Shown here: positions 35,461 to 48,445 of the stretch, in pieces
Layout: each line of letters begins with the position of its first letter
Numbering within the stretch: the stretch's first letter is position 1
DNA from: Octopus sinensis
Lineage: Eukaryota
Assembly (NCBI RefSeq): GCF_006345805.1
Contig: NC_043020.1
Coordinates: forward strand, 19,158,001 to 19,222,000
Direction of reading: 5' to 3'
DNA: 64,000 bases
Made by a program: the position numbers and the translations under genes
Notes under the pieces: generated by a model
What the model was told of the DNA's origin: nothing
The model's input: only the letters and a program-made list of their open reading frames with translations
Database searches by the model: none

Positions 35461-36361
35461 CAGCCTTTTTCCTGCTGCAATGATAAAAGACAGCATGTTA
35501 TATTCCTGGCAGCATTTATGTCTGATCCCGATGGCCTCATTCACTGGGCCTTATGTTTTGCATTGTTGAACTGACCCAAACATAAAATCAATCAACATAT
35601 GATTACACTGACTGAGCAGACACCTGGCAGGAGTGTTCCTGCCATCCATGACCATCCTGTCTTTTTATACATTCTAACACTAAATTTACCCATGCGTCCT
35701 TCCCTTTCCGAAGCAACAAATGTGTAACTTGAGACCATTTGACTGTTTTGTGTGTGTGTGTGTCTGTGTGTGTGTGTGTGTGTATTATACAGACAAGAAA
35801 GTAATATTTTGAATGCAGTATTGCCGTGAATATAGCAGAAAAATTGGGTGATATTACTCTTGGAAAAAGTTGTTGAGAAACAGCCATGGGACACAAACCT
35901 GCATCTCTCAGAGACCGGCTGAGTACTTCGCCATTAAGCTAAACTGCCTGATGATGATGATGGTTATTTCATCAAAGTTTAGAACACAGTTGTAATTTCA
36001 AGCCCCACTGTGTGTGTGTGTGTGTGTAGTCTTCATAATAGCACACCTTACTTTGTTTACAGATGGAAATATGTATCATAGCTGTTTAATCTTCGGTTAA
36101 TGAACTGTAAATTTAATCCAATTATATATGTACACACACACACACACATGCACACGTGTTTGTGTGTGTGTGTTTGAAAGAGAAGGTGGGAGTCTGTGTT
36201 ACTTTCCCTCTTGTATATACTTACTTGTATCACAGCAGCTATTCAATAAAATCTATATTGTGTGCAACTTAACACATCACATCATATTTATTTGGTTCAG
36301 CCCCAGCTGACAACCACATCCCTGCATGTTGAATATGCTCTTTGATGTTGTTCAGTTTATG

Positions 36362-36421
<60 letters not shown>

Positions 36422-36483
36422 TACACGTGTGTGTGTGTATGTATCTATCTCTGTGTGTTTATATATATATATATATATATATA

Positions 36484-36614
36484 CAGGGTGTCCCAAAAAA
36501 ATGTATACACATAGTGGTTCGGCAAAAGAGAACGATAGAATAAGTACTAGGCTTACAAAGAATAACAAATTTACAATTATTTAAGGTGTGTATACATTTT
36601 TGGGGGACACCCTG
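36484..36614. mobile_element. 131-bp Tc1/mariner-type MITE whose interior contains a family B tail fragment
   Basis: TA|CAGGGTGTCCCAAAAAAATGTATACAC...GTGTATACATTTTTGGGGGACACCCTG|TA; 36511-36565 matches the B tail. Confidence 0.88.
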
Positions 36615-36647
<33 letters not shown>

Positions 36648-36671
36648 ATACAGAGAGAGAGAGAGAGGTGG

Positions 36672-36980
36672 TAGACAGATAGATACAGGTTGGGTGTGTG
36701 ATTGAGAAGCTTGTGCTGTAACCATGCGTTTTGGTTTCAATCCCACTGCATAACACTTTAAGCATTTGTCTTCTACTAGAAGCCTTGGACTGACCAAAAC
36801 CTTATGAGTGTATTTGGATAAAAGGAAACTGTCATGTGCGTGTGTGTGTGTATGTGGGTTTGTCTTTGTCTCCCACCACTACTTGACAACCAGTGTTGGT
36901 TTGTTTATCGTCCCTGTAACATAGTGGTTTGGTAAAAGGAACCAGTACTGGGGTCAGTTTGTTCAGCTAAACCCTTCACA
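36672..36980 (+). mobile_element. Degenerate family B; another at about 37620-37905
   Basis: Head, core, microsatellite and tail motifs in order. Confidence 0.75.
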
Positions 36981-37007
36981 AATAAACAAATAAAAAATGA
37001 TATAAAA

Positions 37008-37120
37008 TTAATCAAAAGACCTAAGTATGTCTACCTGCTGGAAATAAGTCAAAATTCTTAATAAGAGTTTTGACTGTTATTTCCAGCAGGTAGACATACT
37101 TATTATGTCCTTTGATTTAA
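37008..37120. repeat. Fold-back palindrome
   Basis: TAAGTATGTCTACCTGCTGGAAATAAGTCAAAATTCTTA-A-TAAGAGTTTTGACTGTTATTTCCAGCAGGTAGACATACTTA, plus outer arms. Confidence 0.9.
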
Positions 37121-37280
37121 TTTTAATCCTTCAGCTATTTAATGCTTCTTTGGGGCCTGCAATCACCTATATTATTAATTCTGTTATTATCATTTTTAAT
37201 TTGTTACATTAGATAATAACAGAGTTAATGATATCTTCATAAATTATTTTTTTGTGAATTATTCACTCCGTATTAAAAAA

Positions 37281-37318
<38 letters not shown>

Positions 37319-37665
37319 AATATCTGTGTCTGATGTGTGTGTGTGTGTGCTTGTATGTATTGTTTGTTCATTTGTTTAGTGTTAGTTTTTATTCTCTCCT
37401 GACATGGGGTCAATAGTTTGATGAGGAGTTACCTGAAAAAGTAGTTGACAACTGGATGCTCTTCCTGTCACCAACCTGTACTTTGTTTTTCAACCAAAGG
37501 TTTTTGTTTTTATTTCAGAGGTTTTCAAAACTATAGAGCAAACTGTTAGATCTACAACATTTTACTTCAGCAGTGACCGTACATGTGCACACATGCACTC
37601 ACGTGTCTTCCAATGTAACCCCTTGGTGAGTGGATTTGGTAGACAGAAACTGAAAGAAGCCCATC

Positions 37666-37729
<64 letters not shown>

Positions 37730-38218
37730 CTCCCACCATTTGACAAGTGATACTAGTTTGTTTATGTCCTAGCATTAACCTAGCAGTTCAGCAAAAGAAA
37801 CCGATAGAATAAGTACTGGTACTTTTCCATTAAAGTGTTCAACAGAACCCTTCAAGGCAACATCCTAGCATGGCTGCAGTCCAATGACTGAAACAAGTAA
37901 AAGATAATTAATCCATAATCTTTAGTTCAACAAAACAGTTGTAGATTAAATATTTTATTCACTTATCTGTGAGTACTTTATTTTAAGTGGCCGGGTGTAG
38001 CTTCTTTCGAAATTATCACCCTGTTAAATACATATATGTTTATGTATACACCCACCAACCCACAGATGCTGAGTGAGTGAGTGGGAGAAAGAGAGGGAGA
38101 GAGAGAGAGAGGCAGATTGATATATGGATAGGAACTCACAGAAGATGCATTCATAAATGCTAGAGAGATAGATTGTAGTAAACATGTAAAGACAGACTAC
38201 CAGACAAATACACAGGCG

Positions 38219-38256
<38 letters not shown>

Positions 38257-38791
38257 CATGTACACATACATAAACATATTTATGTATCAATGGAGTACCA
38301 CGCTACTCCACACTCAACCAACTTGGCACCACACAACAGCGCTGTGCACCACACTTAACCCACAATAGCCAACGTTTAATTAAGACAACTAGGAGGTGCT
38401 AGAGGGATGAACCTGTGACCAGGAAGTTGGCAGCCAATCATATTATTGAACAACTGACCTCTGTCCTTGTAGTGACCAAGAGGAAATTGTCTGACCACTT
38501 CATCATTTCACTAGCCACTTCAGCTTGTTAGAGAGCTGGTCAGTTAATGGCATGGTTGCTATTGATGTGTTGTATATATGATAGGAGCAGTGGTGGTGGT
38601 GGTGTTATGGTCACGATGGTGTGTGGTGGTGTACTACAGTAATGTTGTAGTGTGGTGTTAGTGTCTTGGATGCTTTATAGGAATATTAAATTGACTTCCA
38701 GAAAGAATGTAAGGTAGTAGTTACCTTGGTAAAATTTGAACTTGTAGAATTTACAACTATGTTTTCTCAAGGTATTTTGTTCAGTGATTAT

Positions 38792-38794
<3 letters not shown>

Positions 38795-38837
<43 letters not shown>

Positions 38838-39312
38838 GTAATCCTTTCTACTGAAGGCGCAAGGTTTTAAATTTTAGCACAAGGCCAACAATTTTGGGGG
38901 AGAGGATAAGTTGATTACATCAACCCCAGTGCTCAACTTGTTCCTATTTTATTGCCCCCAAAAGGTTGAAAGAGATAGTCAACCTTGGCAGAATTGGAAC
39001 TCGGAACAGAAAGACCAATGAAATGCCACCAAGTGTTCTGCCTGGCATGCTTATTTAGGATTCTGTCAGCTTGCTGCCTTAATAATCCTTTCTACTCTAG
39101 GCCCAAGGACTGAAATTTGGAGGGGAGCGGGGGCCAGTCGATTAGAATGACCCTAGTATGCAACGGGTACTTAATTTATCGACCCCGAAAAGGATGAAAG
39201 GCAAAGTCAACCTCAGTGGAATTTGAACTCAGATTGTAAAGATGGACGAAATGCTGCCAAGCATTTTGCCTGGTGTGCCAACGATTCTGCCAGCTCGCCA
39301 CCTTGTGCTGCC

Positions 39313-39358
<46 letters not shown>

Positions 39359-39900
39359 TGATGATGATGATAATAATAACAATAATAATGATTTATTAAT
39401 AATAATAATAATCATTTATTAGGGACAACTAAGATAGTTAGGAGGGTTCTTGGCATCTATGGTTATTTGCTGTAACCTGATTGGAAGGTTCTTGGCATCT
39501 AAGGCCTCTTGTTGTAGCCCAATGTTAGAATTTTTTTCCTTTTCCACCAGTCTAATCTGTTGAGTGTATATGAGTAATAATAAAAATAATGACAATGATA
39601 ATAATAATAATAGTGATAATAATAATAATGATGATGATGATGATGATGATAATAATAATTATTATAATCATTATCATCATCATAATGCTGAAATTTTGTG
39701 GAGAGAGCGTTAGTTGATTACATTGATTCCAGAGCTCAACTGGTACTTATTTTACCAGCCCTGAAAAAATGGAAGGCAAAGTTGACCTTGGTGGAATTTG
39801 AACTCAGAACATAATGCCAGAAGAAATGTCACTTAGCTTTTTGGCTGACATAATAACTCTACCAGCTCACCACCTTAATAATAATAATAATAACAACAAT
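38795..39900 (-). mobile_element. Three family A variant copies (about 38842-39080, 39086-39314, 39685-39878) embedded in (AAT)n/(GAT)n
   Basis: CCTTTCTACT...GGCACAAGG...GGAATTTGAACTCAGA...CTGCCAGCTCGCCACCTT repeated head to tail. Confidence 0.85.
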
Positions 39901-40199
39901 GATGACGGCGGCCTTTTCTTTATTAGCTTAAAGGGCTCAGTGAGATATAAAGAAATACAAAACTTTCATGAGGAGTTATAAAGAAATAAAAGATGACTTG
40001 AAGTGTGAAAGCCACGCTTATAAATATATGGCAGGAGTGAGAAACGTTATATAATATATGGAAGGATGTAATGAGAATTTTAAAAGTGCATAGTATATAT
40101 ATATATATAAACATTTATATGCACATGTGTACATGCATATAAATAATTATGTTGTCAAGGTAACGGAAGCTATCAACCACTTCTCATGAGCCAGCTGGA

Positions 40200-41150
40200 C
40201 ATTTAAGAGAATCTATTTTTGACCTGCTCTTAGTGCTTACTGCTCCGATGCGTCTGGCACACACAAAGCCTGCTTCCTCTGTTTCTGTTTCCTCTGTCAG
40301 CCTGCTTGTAATTCCACTGCATCTCTTCTGCTTCCATAGCTTACATTAGGTGTAACATGTAGAGTTCCGACCTCCTCCTTTACTGCATATCAAATGATAC
40401 CATTTCCCTGGTGGTACCACGATCCTAAGTTATATTTCCACGTTGAGAATTTCTTCTTTAATTCTATTATTCGATTCAGCTATACAAGCTTTATCTTCAA
40501 TGTATGGTGGTCCACATGGATAGGTGGGTCTCAAATCCCGACCATAATGAAGTAGGAGGGGACTGAATACTGAACCTTGGTGGACCCCTTCTTTCATGCA
40601 TTAACCCTTTAGCATTTAAACTGGCCATATCCGGCCAAAAATATTCTGCCTGTTTTATGTTCAAACTGGCCAGATCTAGTCTCTCACACCAACCTTACAA
40701 TATCGTTTTAAAAATTAACAGCTACCTCATCAAAATCTTGTAGCTACAAGATAATGCATGATTAGTTCAAAACAATGTGGATGAAAAAGCATTAATTTTG
40801 GTAGAATAATGCGAACACTAAAGGGTTAAATCATCAGTGATTAATACTTTACTGACTACACTTTTGCTTGTAACATGTAGAACTATCACTGGCCCTTTAG
40901 CAACTTCTAGGTATCTTAGTGACCACCATTCTATGCATTGTGGTACTCTGTCTGAAGCCTTCTCCAGATCAACAAATTCTGGTGAGCGAGTCTTACTCTG
41001 GTTTGGAACATTTCTTGCTTCTGCTTCTTTATGAAGAGAGCAGCTGTTTACACTTGGACCTGGAACAAACCTCAACTGCATCTCATTGATGCTAATTAAT
41101 TGTTTTCTTGATGAGCTGTGCTATGGGTTTATCTCTTACTCTCATAACTT
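40200..41150 (-). mobile_element. Decayed RTE-clade LINE RT, interrupted by a piggyBac MITE
   Basis: MQLRFVPGP..FVDLEKASDRVP..WWSLRYL, GVHQGSVFSPLL, CSKGGGRNSTCYT*CKLWKQKRCSGITSRL. Confidence 0.85.
40605..40825 (+). mobile_element. piggyBac-type MITE (family G) with TTAA TSD
   Basis: TTAA|CCCTTTAG...CTAAAGGG|TTAA. Confidence 0.92.
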
Positions 41151-41189
41151 GGTCATCAGTTTGTGATGCATGTGTCACTGTTGAATATG

Positions 41190-41900
41190 GAAAACCCGAT
41201 CGCCAAACTCCAAAATCTTAACATCAACAGTGTTTCTGTGCCACAAAATGAGTTCTACAAACACCTAAGTATTGATGGAAATTTATCATATAAAGGTAAT
41301 GTGAAATGTGATAGAGTAGCCAAACAATATTATACTGGGCTTGAAAAGATATAGCGAGCAGAGCTTTCCTATTACAACAGGACAATATCCCATTTGAAGT
41401 TTCGAGCTGCTACCAGCATTTGGGATAGTTGACTGTCTAACTCATAGATAGTTAAGCCCAGAAGATCCTGCTAAAAATCCTGCTATCAACATTAACCTTT
41501 AACTCTCAGATTACTCTGTCCAATGTTATGTTAGTTCATTCACATTTTGAATTAATCATGCATTATCTTGTAGCCTTGGAATTTCAATGATCTGAGTGTT
41601 TGTTTTTAGATTGACTTTCTGGGATAGGTGTTAGAGGCCAGACCTGACCAGCAGGTGGAATATTTGGGTTGGATATGGCTAGTTTAAATGCTAAAGGGTT
41701 AAACTTTTATCGAAACAGTGATATTGGCAGGTCTTGGTATCAGAAGGAAAGTGTGAGGAAGAAGTTTTTAGATCAGTACAAAACACCTTTGAGTACCATA
41801 TGATATCATTTGGAGTGCACCTGGTGAATAATATTAGTCAAATTAAGTACATCAAACAAGTGCTCAGAAATGAAATGAAAAACATCCTGCTGGTAAGGGA
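41190..41900 (+). mobile_element. Decayed R4/Dong-type non-LTR RT C-terminus, interrupted by a MITE
   Basis: FYKHLSIDGNLSY..VAKQYYTGLEKI*RAELSYYNRTI, and across the MITE KILLSTL|NFYRNSDIGR, resembling the recalled motif YKYLGIDENISY..KEY..RVRKIW.SELS..NK..TRKIL...NFH.NSDIDRLY. Confidence 0.65.
41496..41698 (-). mobile_element. piggyBac-type MITE (family G)
   Basis: TTAA|CCTTTAAC...TTTAAATGCTAAAGGG|TTAA. Confidence 0.85.
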
Positions 41901-42255
41901 ATGAACTCTTCAAGAAACACTCCATTCTGACCTTTCTAATGCCAACCACTTTGCAAAGGGTACTGAGTGCTTTTTTTCATGGTACCGGCACTAGTGAGGT
42001 TGCTATGAACCTCACAAGACGATGATCCCTTTCAACTGGGTGGGGCTACAATTGAAAGGGAGCTGGCTTTTTGCTAGGCTATGAGAATATGTGTACATAT
42101 ATGTGTTTGTGTCTATATGTGTATATACACGTACACATACATACAAACATGTATGTATATGTGTGCTTGCATGTATGCATTTCCCTCTCTCTTTGCATGT
42201 GTGTGTTATATATATATATATATATATATAATATTGACATCAATATGTGCCAATA

Positions 42256-42317
<62 letters not shown>

Positions 42318-43379
42318 TAGCCTTCAAAGAGACAGCAGAGTGAAAAAGAAGAGGAGTAGAACATAAAGAAGATCAAAACCATTCTTTGTGGTTTCTTTTT
42401 AATTTCAATTATCTTTTGAAATTATTCTCTGCAGATTATTCGGATTATTATTAGTATCGTTGTCCTTGTTGTTGTTGTTGTTATTATTATTATCATTATT
42501 ATTATTATTAGCAGTAGTAGTAGTAGTAGTAGTATCAGCATCATTAACTACTGTTAATGTAGGTTTTGTTTAAAAAGATATTTCAAACAATTTTTTAAAA
42601 AATATATATTCCCCCTCCTCCTCCTCCTTCTTCTTCTTCTTCTTCTTCTTCTATTTAATTTTATATTTCTATATTTCAATTGTTTTATCTTTAATGTCTG
42701 GCTGTATGAATATGTTTGTGTGTATATATATATATATATATATCACAATGTGTATAATCAGTCTGTATGTATGTATACTACACACACGCACAAACATCCT
42801 TCATTTTCTTCAACATTTGTATTATTATTATTATTATTATTATTATTACGATTTTTTTTTTCCCTTTTGGTTCTATCAAATACAAAACTGACTGAAAACT
42901 GCAGCCACCTTGCTGTGAGCTCTTTGGTGTTTATAACATCAAGGAGAGCAGAAAAGGCCATGCATTTGCAAGGAATCCATCCAGTGTGTTGAGAATTGTA
43001 AAGAAGAAAGACAAGAGAAGGAAGAAGACTGGAAAAGTTTGAATAAATCTGAGCAGATGAAATAGAATAGAATATCTTCTTATGTAGATTAATGGCTAAA
43101 AAGTTTGATGGAAAGATATACAAACGAGAGAATGAAAGACAAGAGAATCAAATATATGGTTGTAATATTGTAACTTCAAAAATTAAATGAATTGGAGTAG
43201 GAAATATGAATAGAGGATAAAAATATATAAAAGCTAGTTTATATGCATCTATTTTTAAAACTAAACGTGTGTGTGTGTGTGTATAAATGCACATACACAT
43301 AACTTTGCAAGAGTGGGAATATATATATCTGTGTGTGTTTATAAATGTATTTATATATATGAACATGTGTATGTACATG

Positions 43380-43414
<35 letters not shown>

Positions 43415-43911
43415 CTGTGTGTGCACACATACCTATACATATGTATGTATTTATATGTGTGCGTGTGTGTATAAATATATATATAGCTATATGTGTATAC
43501 AGATTTATATGTATGTTCGTATTTATGAGCATGTGTTTATATATATATATGTATATATATATATACACACACATATATATATATGTATACATAAATAAAT
43601 ACTCATAGGAAACTTATTCCAAAAGTTGAATATAATCCATGTTTTGTTCAAAGAAACAGTAACATTATGCTGCTGCTGCTGCTGTTGTTGATATTTTTTT
43701 TTATAGCTCTTTCTATTTGATGTCTTTGTTTTTCTTTTCCCCCTCCTCTCCTTTTCTCTATTTTTAAAATTATTATTATACTTCTTTAAAATAAAAGAAA
43801 TAAATAGCTTCAGGAATTCTTTACATCTTCAATTCTCTTTCTCTCTCCTTTATTTGTCTGTCTATCTATCTATCTATCTATCTATCTCTCTATATATATA
43901 TGTACGTACAC

Positions 43912-43942
<31 letters not shown>

Positions 43943-44242
43943 TACACACCCACACACATGTATATACCCTTTTCTATATATCTCTGTTACTGCCACTCAC
44001 TACTCTCTCTCTCTCTCTCTCTTTTTCTTTTTTATCTTTGGTTCAAGCTTCTACAGCTTTTAAAAATTTCTTGTGTTTTCAGTCTTTTTACTTCTGTCCT
44101 CCTCTTCCACTTCCTCCTCCTACTCTGCCTCCTCTTCTTTCTCTCCCTCTTTGTCCTCCCCTATTTTTACCTATTTCTTTTCCTCCGTTTTACATTCTTC
44201 CACTTTAACTGCGTGCATATGTGCACGTGTACAGACACTCAA

Positions 44243-44274
<32 letters not shown>

Positions 44275-44612
44275 TGTGCCTATGTAAGAAGTTATTTTTT
44301 CAAAAATTTATTATTTCTTAATGTCATTCATATATTTTAAACTACTAATTCCCTTATTTTTGCATATGGAGGGAATGTGATTACACATGGGTTGAACCTC
44401 ATCCCAGGAGTCTACCACCTCTCTCTCTCTCTCCTTTCTCTCCTCTCTCCTCTCTCACATTCTCTCTCCCTCTCTTTTGCTCTCTTTCTGTTATAATTGT
44501 TCTTATTAAAAAATAATTATTATTTAAAAATTAGAAACAGTTATTATTGCCATGCTCATCATCATCACCATTATTATTATCATTGTTGTTGTTGTTGTTG
44601 TAAACATCCTCA

Positions 44613-45042
44613 TCTTCATTATTGACAGAATTGTTAGGAAACCAGACCAAATGCTTAGCGGCATTTTGTCCATCTTTGTGTTCTGAGTTAAAATTCTGCA
44701 CAAGTTGACTTTGCCTTCCATTTTTGTGGGGTGTCAATAAAATAAAGTACCAGTCATGTTGGAAGTTCAAATCCCGGACCGGGCTGCGTGTTGTGTTCTT
44801 GAGTGTGTTGTGTTCTTGTTGCTCCAGTTCACTCAGCTGTAGAAATGAGTTGCGACGTCACGGGTGCCAAGCTGCATCAGCCTTTACCTTTCCCTTGGAT
44901 AACACTGGTGGCGTGCAAAGAGCATGCCTGTATACATGGGTGACTGCTGGTCTTCCATAAACAACTAAATAAATAGACTTGTGCCTGGGAAGGTAACTTT
45001 CTTGGTGCAATCCCATGGTCAGTCATGACCAAAGGGGCTCTT
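44613..45042 (+). mobile_element. Family A 5' part fused to a family C copy
   Basis: AAATGCTTAGCGGCATTTTG...AAAGTACCAGT then GTTCAAATCCCGGACCGGGCTGCG...CATGACCAAAGGGG. Confidence 0.75.
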
Positions 45043-45743
45043 AATTATCATCATCATCATCATGATTATTATATGCTGTTTACTACATTTGTCCAATCCC
45101 AATCAAAATCCTCCTTGTTACCTTTGTGACTTAATTGCAAAGCCCATACCTGGTCTGAAAACTACATTCACGCATCCATTGCAAATTGATCCAACTTCTT
45201 TTTTAAATATTTTTTTTGTCTTTAATCCTTTTCTTCAAACTCTCTTATGTCAAAATCATCATGAGTGACTATGATTATTATTGTAAACATCATCATCATC
45301 ACCATCACCATTATTATTAACACCACCTTTGTTATTATCATTATTATTATTATTATTATTATTATGGTCATCATCATCAATGTCATCCTCATCATTATTG
45401 TTCATTGCGTCTTCCATGGTTGTTTGCATATTTAGAGTTTTAAACACATGAGAATATATTACAATGATGTGGAAATAAAACAGCCATGTCTGCGATATCG
45501 TATAGAATCTTCAAACTGACTTACGATGAATATAAATTGGTTAAAAATATCGGAATAAAGACTTGGAACAAGATTTTTCCCTTCTTTCTTCTTTTTGTTT
45601 TACTTTTTTTCTTTCTTGTTTTGCTTTTTGTCTTTCCTCCATCTTCAATTCGGTTGCATTAGAAATTAGCTGGCAATGTTTAAATTGGACATATGTGTGT
45701 ATATGTATATATATATGTCTATATATAAGTGTGTGTGTGTGTG

Positions 45744-45779
<36 letters not shown>

Positions 45780-45879
45780 AAATCTGGTGTGTTTGTGTGT
45801 TCATGTGTTTTCTTGGTTAGATGAAAGATAGAGGAAAGATTTAGAAAAAATGAATTTTCCTGTGTCTGTTTATATGCAT

Positions 45880-45905
45880 ATATAATATGCATATATATAT
45901 ATATA

Positions 45906-45936
<31 letters not shown>

Positions 45937-46046
45937 TTATGTATTTATGTATGTATATGTATTTATGTGTATATATGTATATATATGTATATATGTATGT
46001 ATATGTATTTATGTATATATATGTATATATGTATATATATGTATAT

Positions 46047-46078
<32 letters not shown>

Positions 46079-46100
46079 TGTGTATATATGTATATATATG

Positions 46101-46133
<33 letters not shown>

Positions 46134-46300
46134 GTATATATAATGTGTGTATATGTTTATATATATATATGTGTGTGCATGCATGTGTGTATAAATACAT
46201 ATATATATGTATTATGTATGCACATAGATTTATACATATAAATACATATACACACACATGTATATACAAACACACACACACACACACACACACACATTGG
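45880..46300. repeat. Long (TA)n/(TATG)n/(CA)n microsatellite; similar blocks throughout 42-52 kb
   Basis: Directly visible. Confidence 0.95.
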
Positions 46301-46788
46301 AAAAACCTGTGCGAGTAAATATAGCTCCTAAATAGGGGGAACAGTGAGAGAGAGAGAGATAGGGGAGAGTGAAGGGGCACAAAATAAAGGAGAGAGGGAG
46401 AGAGTAGAAGAAGAAAAAGCCAGTGTGATAAACCAATTGTCTGTTGTATCAGTTGATCTGATTAATCCATAAATAGATGTTTTAATATTTTAAAGATCTA
46501 TTTTAATTTGCTGCAACATATTGCTTTTGCTGTCTCCTCATATTGTTGGCTGTCTTGTTTTTAAATCATAATTTTCTAATGCAATGAAGCCTACTTAAAA
46601 CTTTAATGAATTTCTATATTATATGTATGTTATTTATATATCATCATCATCAACAATTTATGTCTGCTTCCCATGCTGGCCTGGACTCTTTGTGCGTGTG
46701 TGTGTGTCTGTGTGTCCATATATATATATATATATATATATGATATATGTACATATGATATACACACACCCACATATGTATGTATATA

Positions 46789-46827
<39 letters not shown>

Positions 46828-46985
46828 GCCGAAATTACTACGATGATCCGGTTCTTGACTGAAGACTGAGGGCTTCGAATGTCCTGTCTGTGTTTGTTGT
46901 ATCGTCTTCTTAGAGTTATACGTTCTTGTCACAGTTTGTATTTTTCTACATATCATAATATATATATATTTATATATATATATAT

Positions 46986-47315
46986 AGGCACAGGAGTGGC
47001 TGTGTAGTAAGTAGCTTGCTTACCAACCAGCTGGTTCCGGGTTCAGTCCCACTGCGTGGCACTTTGGGCGAGTGTCTTCTACTGTAGCCTCAGGCCAACC
47101 AAAGCCTTGTGAGTGGATTTGGTAGATGGAAACTGAAAGAAGCCCGTCATATATATATATATATGTGTGTCTGTGTTTGGTCCCCTCAACATCGCTTGAC
47201 AGCCAATGCTGGTGTGTTTATGTCCCTGTCACTTAGCGGTTCAGCAAAAGACCGATAGAATAAGTACTGGGCTTACAAAGAATAAGTCCTGGTGTCGATT
47301 TGCTCGACTAAAGGC
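46986..47315 (+). mobile_element. Young family B, near full length
   Basis: GGCACAGGAGTGGCTGTGTAGTAAGTAGC...GAAACTGAAAGAAGCCCGTC...GATTTGCTCGACTAAAGGC. Confidence 0.92.
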
Positions 47316-47511
47316 AGAAGAAATGTGATAATACTTCAATGAGGTGGTATTTTAATGCTTTACATTTTTTTTTCTGGAGTCTTCTGTCACAGGTGACAGG
47401 TAGGGTTCCACAACTTTCTGTTGAAAGACCTGCACAGGTGATTTGTTTATGGTATTCAAATCTTTGTGCTGCACCTGAGCCTTCACTCTCCATTAAATCG
47501 ATGTTACCTGT

Positions 47512-47675
47512 ACAGGTACATGATGTGCCATGTGTCAGATGTTGAAATGATCACAAGGCTACGTGAAATGAAGTGTTTTGCTCAAGAACACAACACAATG
47601 CTGAGCCCAGGAATTGAAACCAGAATCTTATGATCACAAGTGCTACACCCTAACCACCAAACCTCATGCCTTCAC
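47512..47675 (-). mobile_element. Family C fragment, followed by a family B head (+, about 47715-47850)
   Basis: GAAGTGTTTTGCTCAAGAACACAAC...GGAATTGAAACC...CTAACCACC. Confidence 0.7.
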
Positions 47676-47843
47676 ATTGAGGTGGAGTTATAAGACTGAA
47701 TTGACACAACTCTTTGCCAAATATCACATTTGGTTCTGGGTTCAATATTGTTGTGTGGCACTTTGGGGTAGTGTCTTCTACTATAGACACTACTGATCAA
47801 ATCCTCGTGAGTGAATTTGGTAGACGGAAGCTAAAAGAAACCC

Positions 47844-47877
<34 letters not shown>

Positions 47878-48413
47878 GTGTTTCGTCTTAGTGGAACTTA
47901 CATCCATTTACTCTGCTGACATAGAATGGCTTTACAGACAGAAGCCCTTCTTGGTGCCAACCTTTTTTAGTTGCCTCAGATGCCTCTTACATCCTACAGG
48001 GTGCACACGTTGTGTGTATGTGTGTGTGTGTGTGTGTGTGCTGATAATTTGCTGTTAAAGCATATTACTTATAATATATACGTATCTCTATGTGTGTGTG
48101 TGAGTGAGTATATACTCATAATCTGCTTTTCTACGGTCATTGCCATATCCATGAATGAGTGTGTATGCATACACCCATGCGCACATACCACTGAATTGTT
48201 CTAAGGTCACTGGCATATATATATATATATATATATATAAATATATGTGCAATTAGAAATAGCACCTGCTGCTTTTTTTCACTGCTATATTTACACACAC
48301 CCACCCACACACATACACACACTGCATAGTTACACAGATTTGTATATATACCCACATGCAAACATTAATCTAAGGTCATTGCTATTTGATGTGTGTGAGT
48401 GTGAGCATATACG

Positions 48414-48445
<32 letters not shown>

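Noticed and set aside
35945-35965. TGATGA C-box-like motif (snoRNA)
   Set aside because: Part of a (GAT)n run; no matching D box or terminal stem identified.
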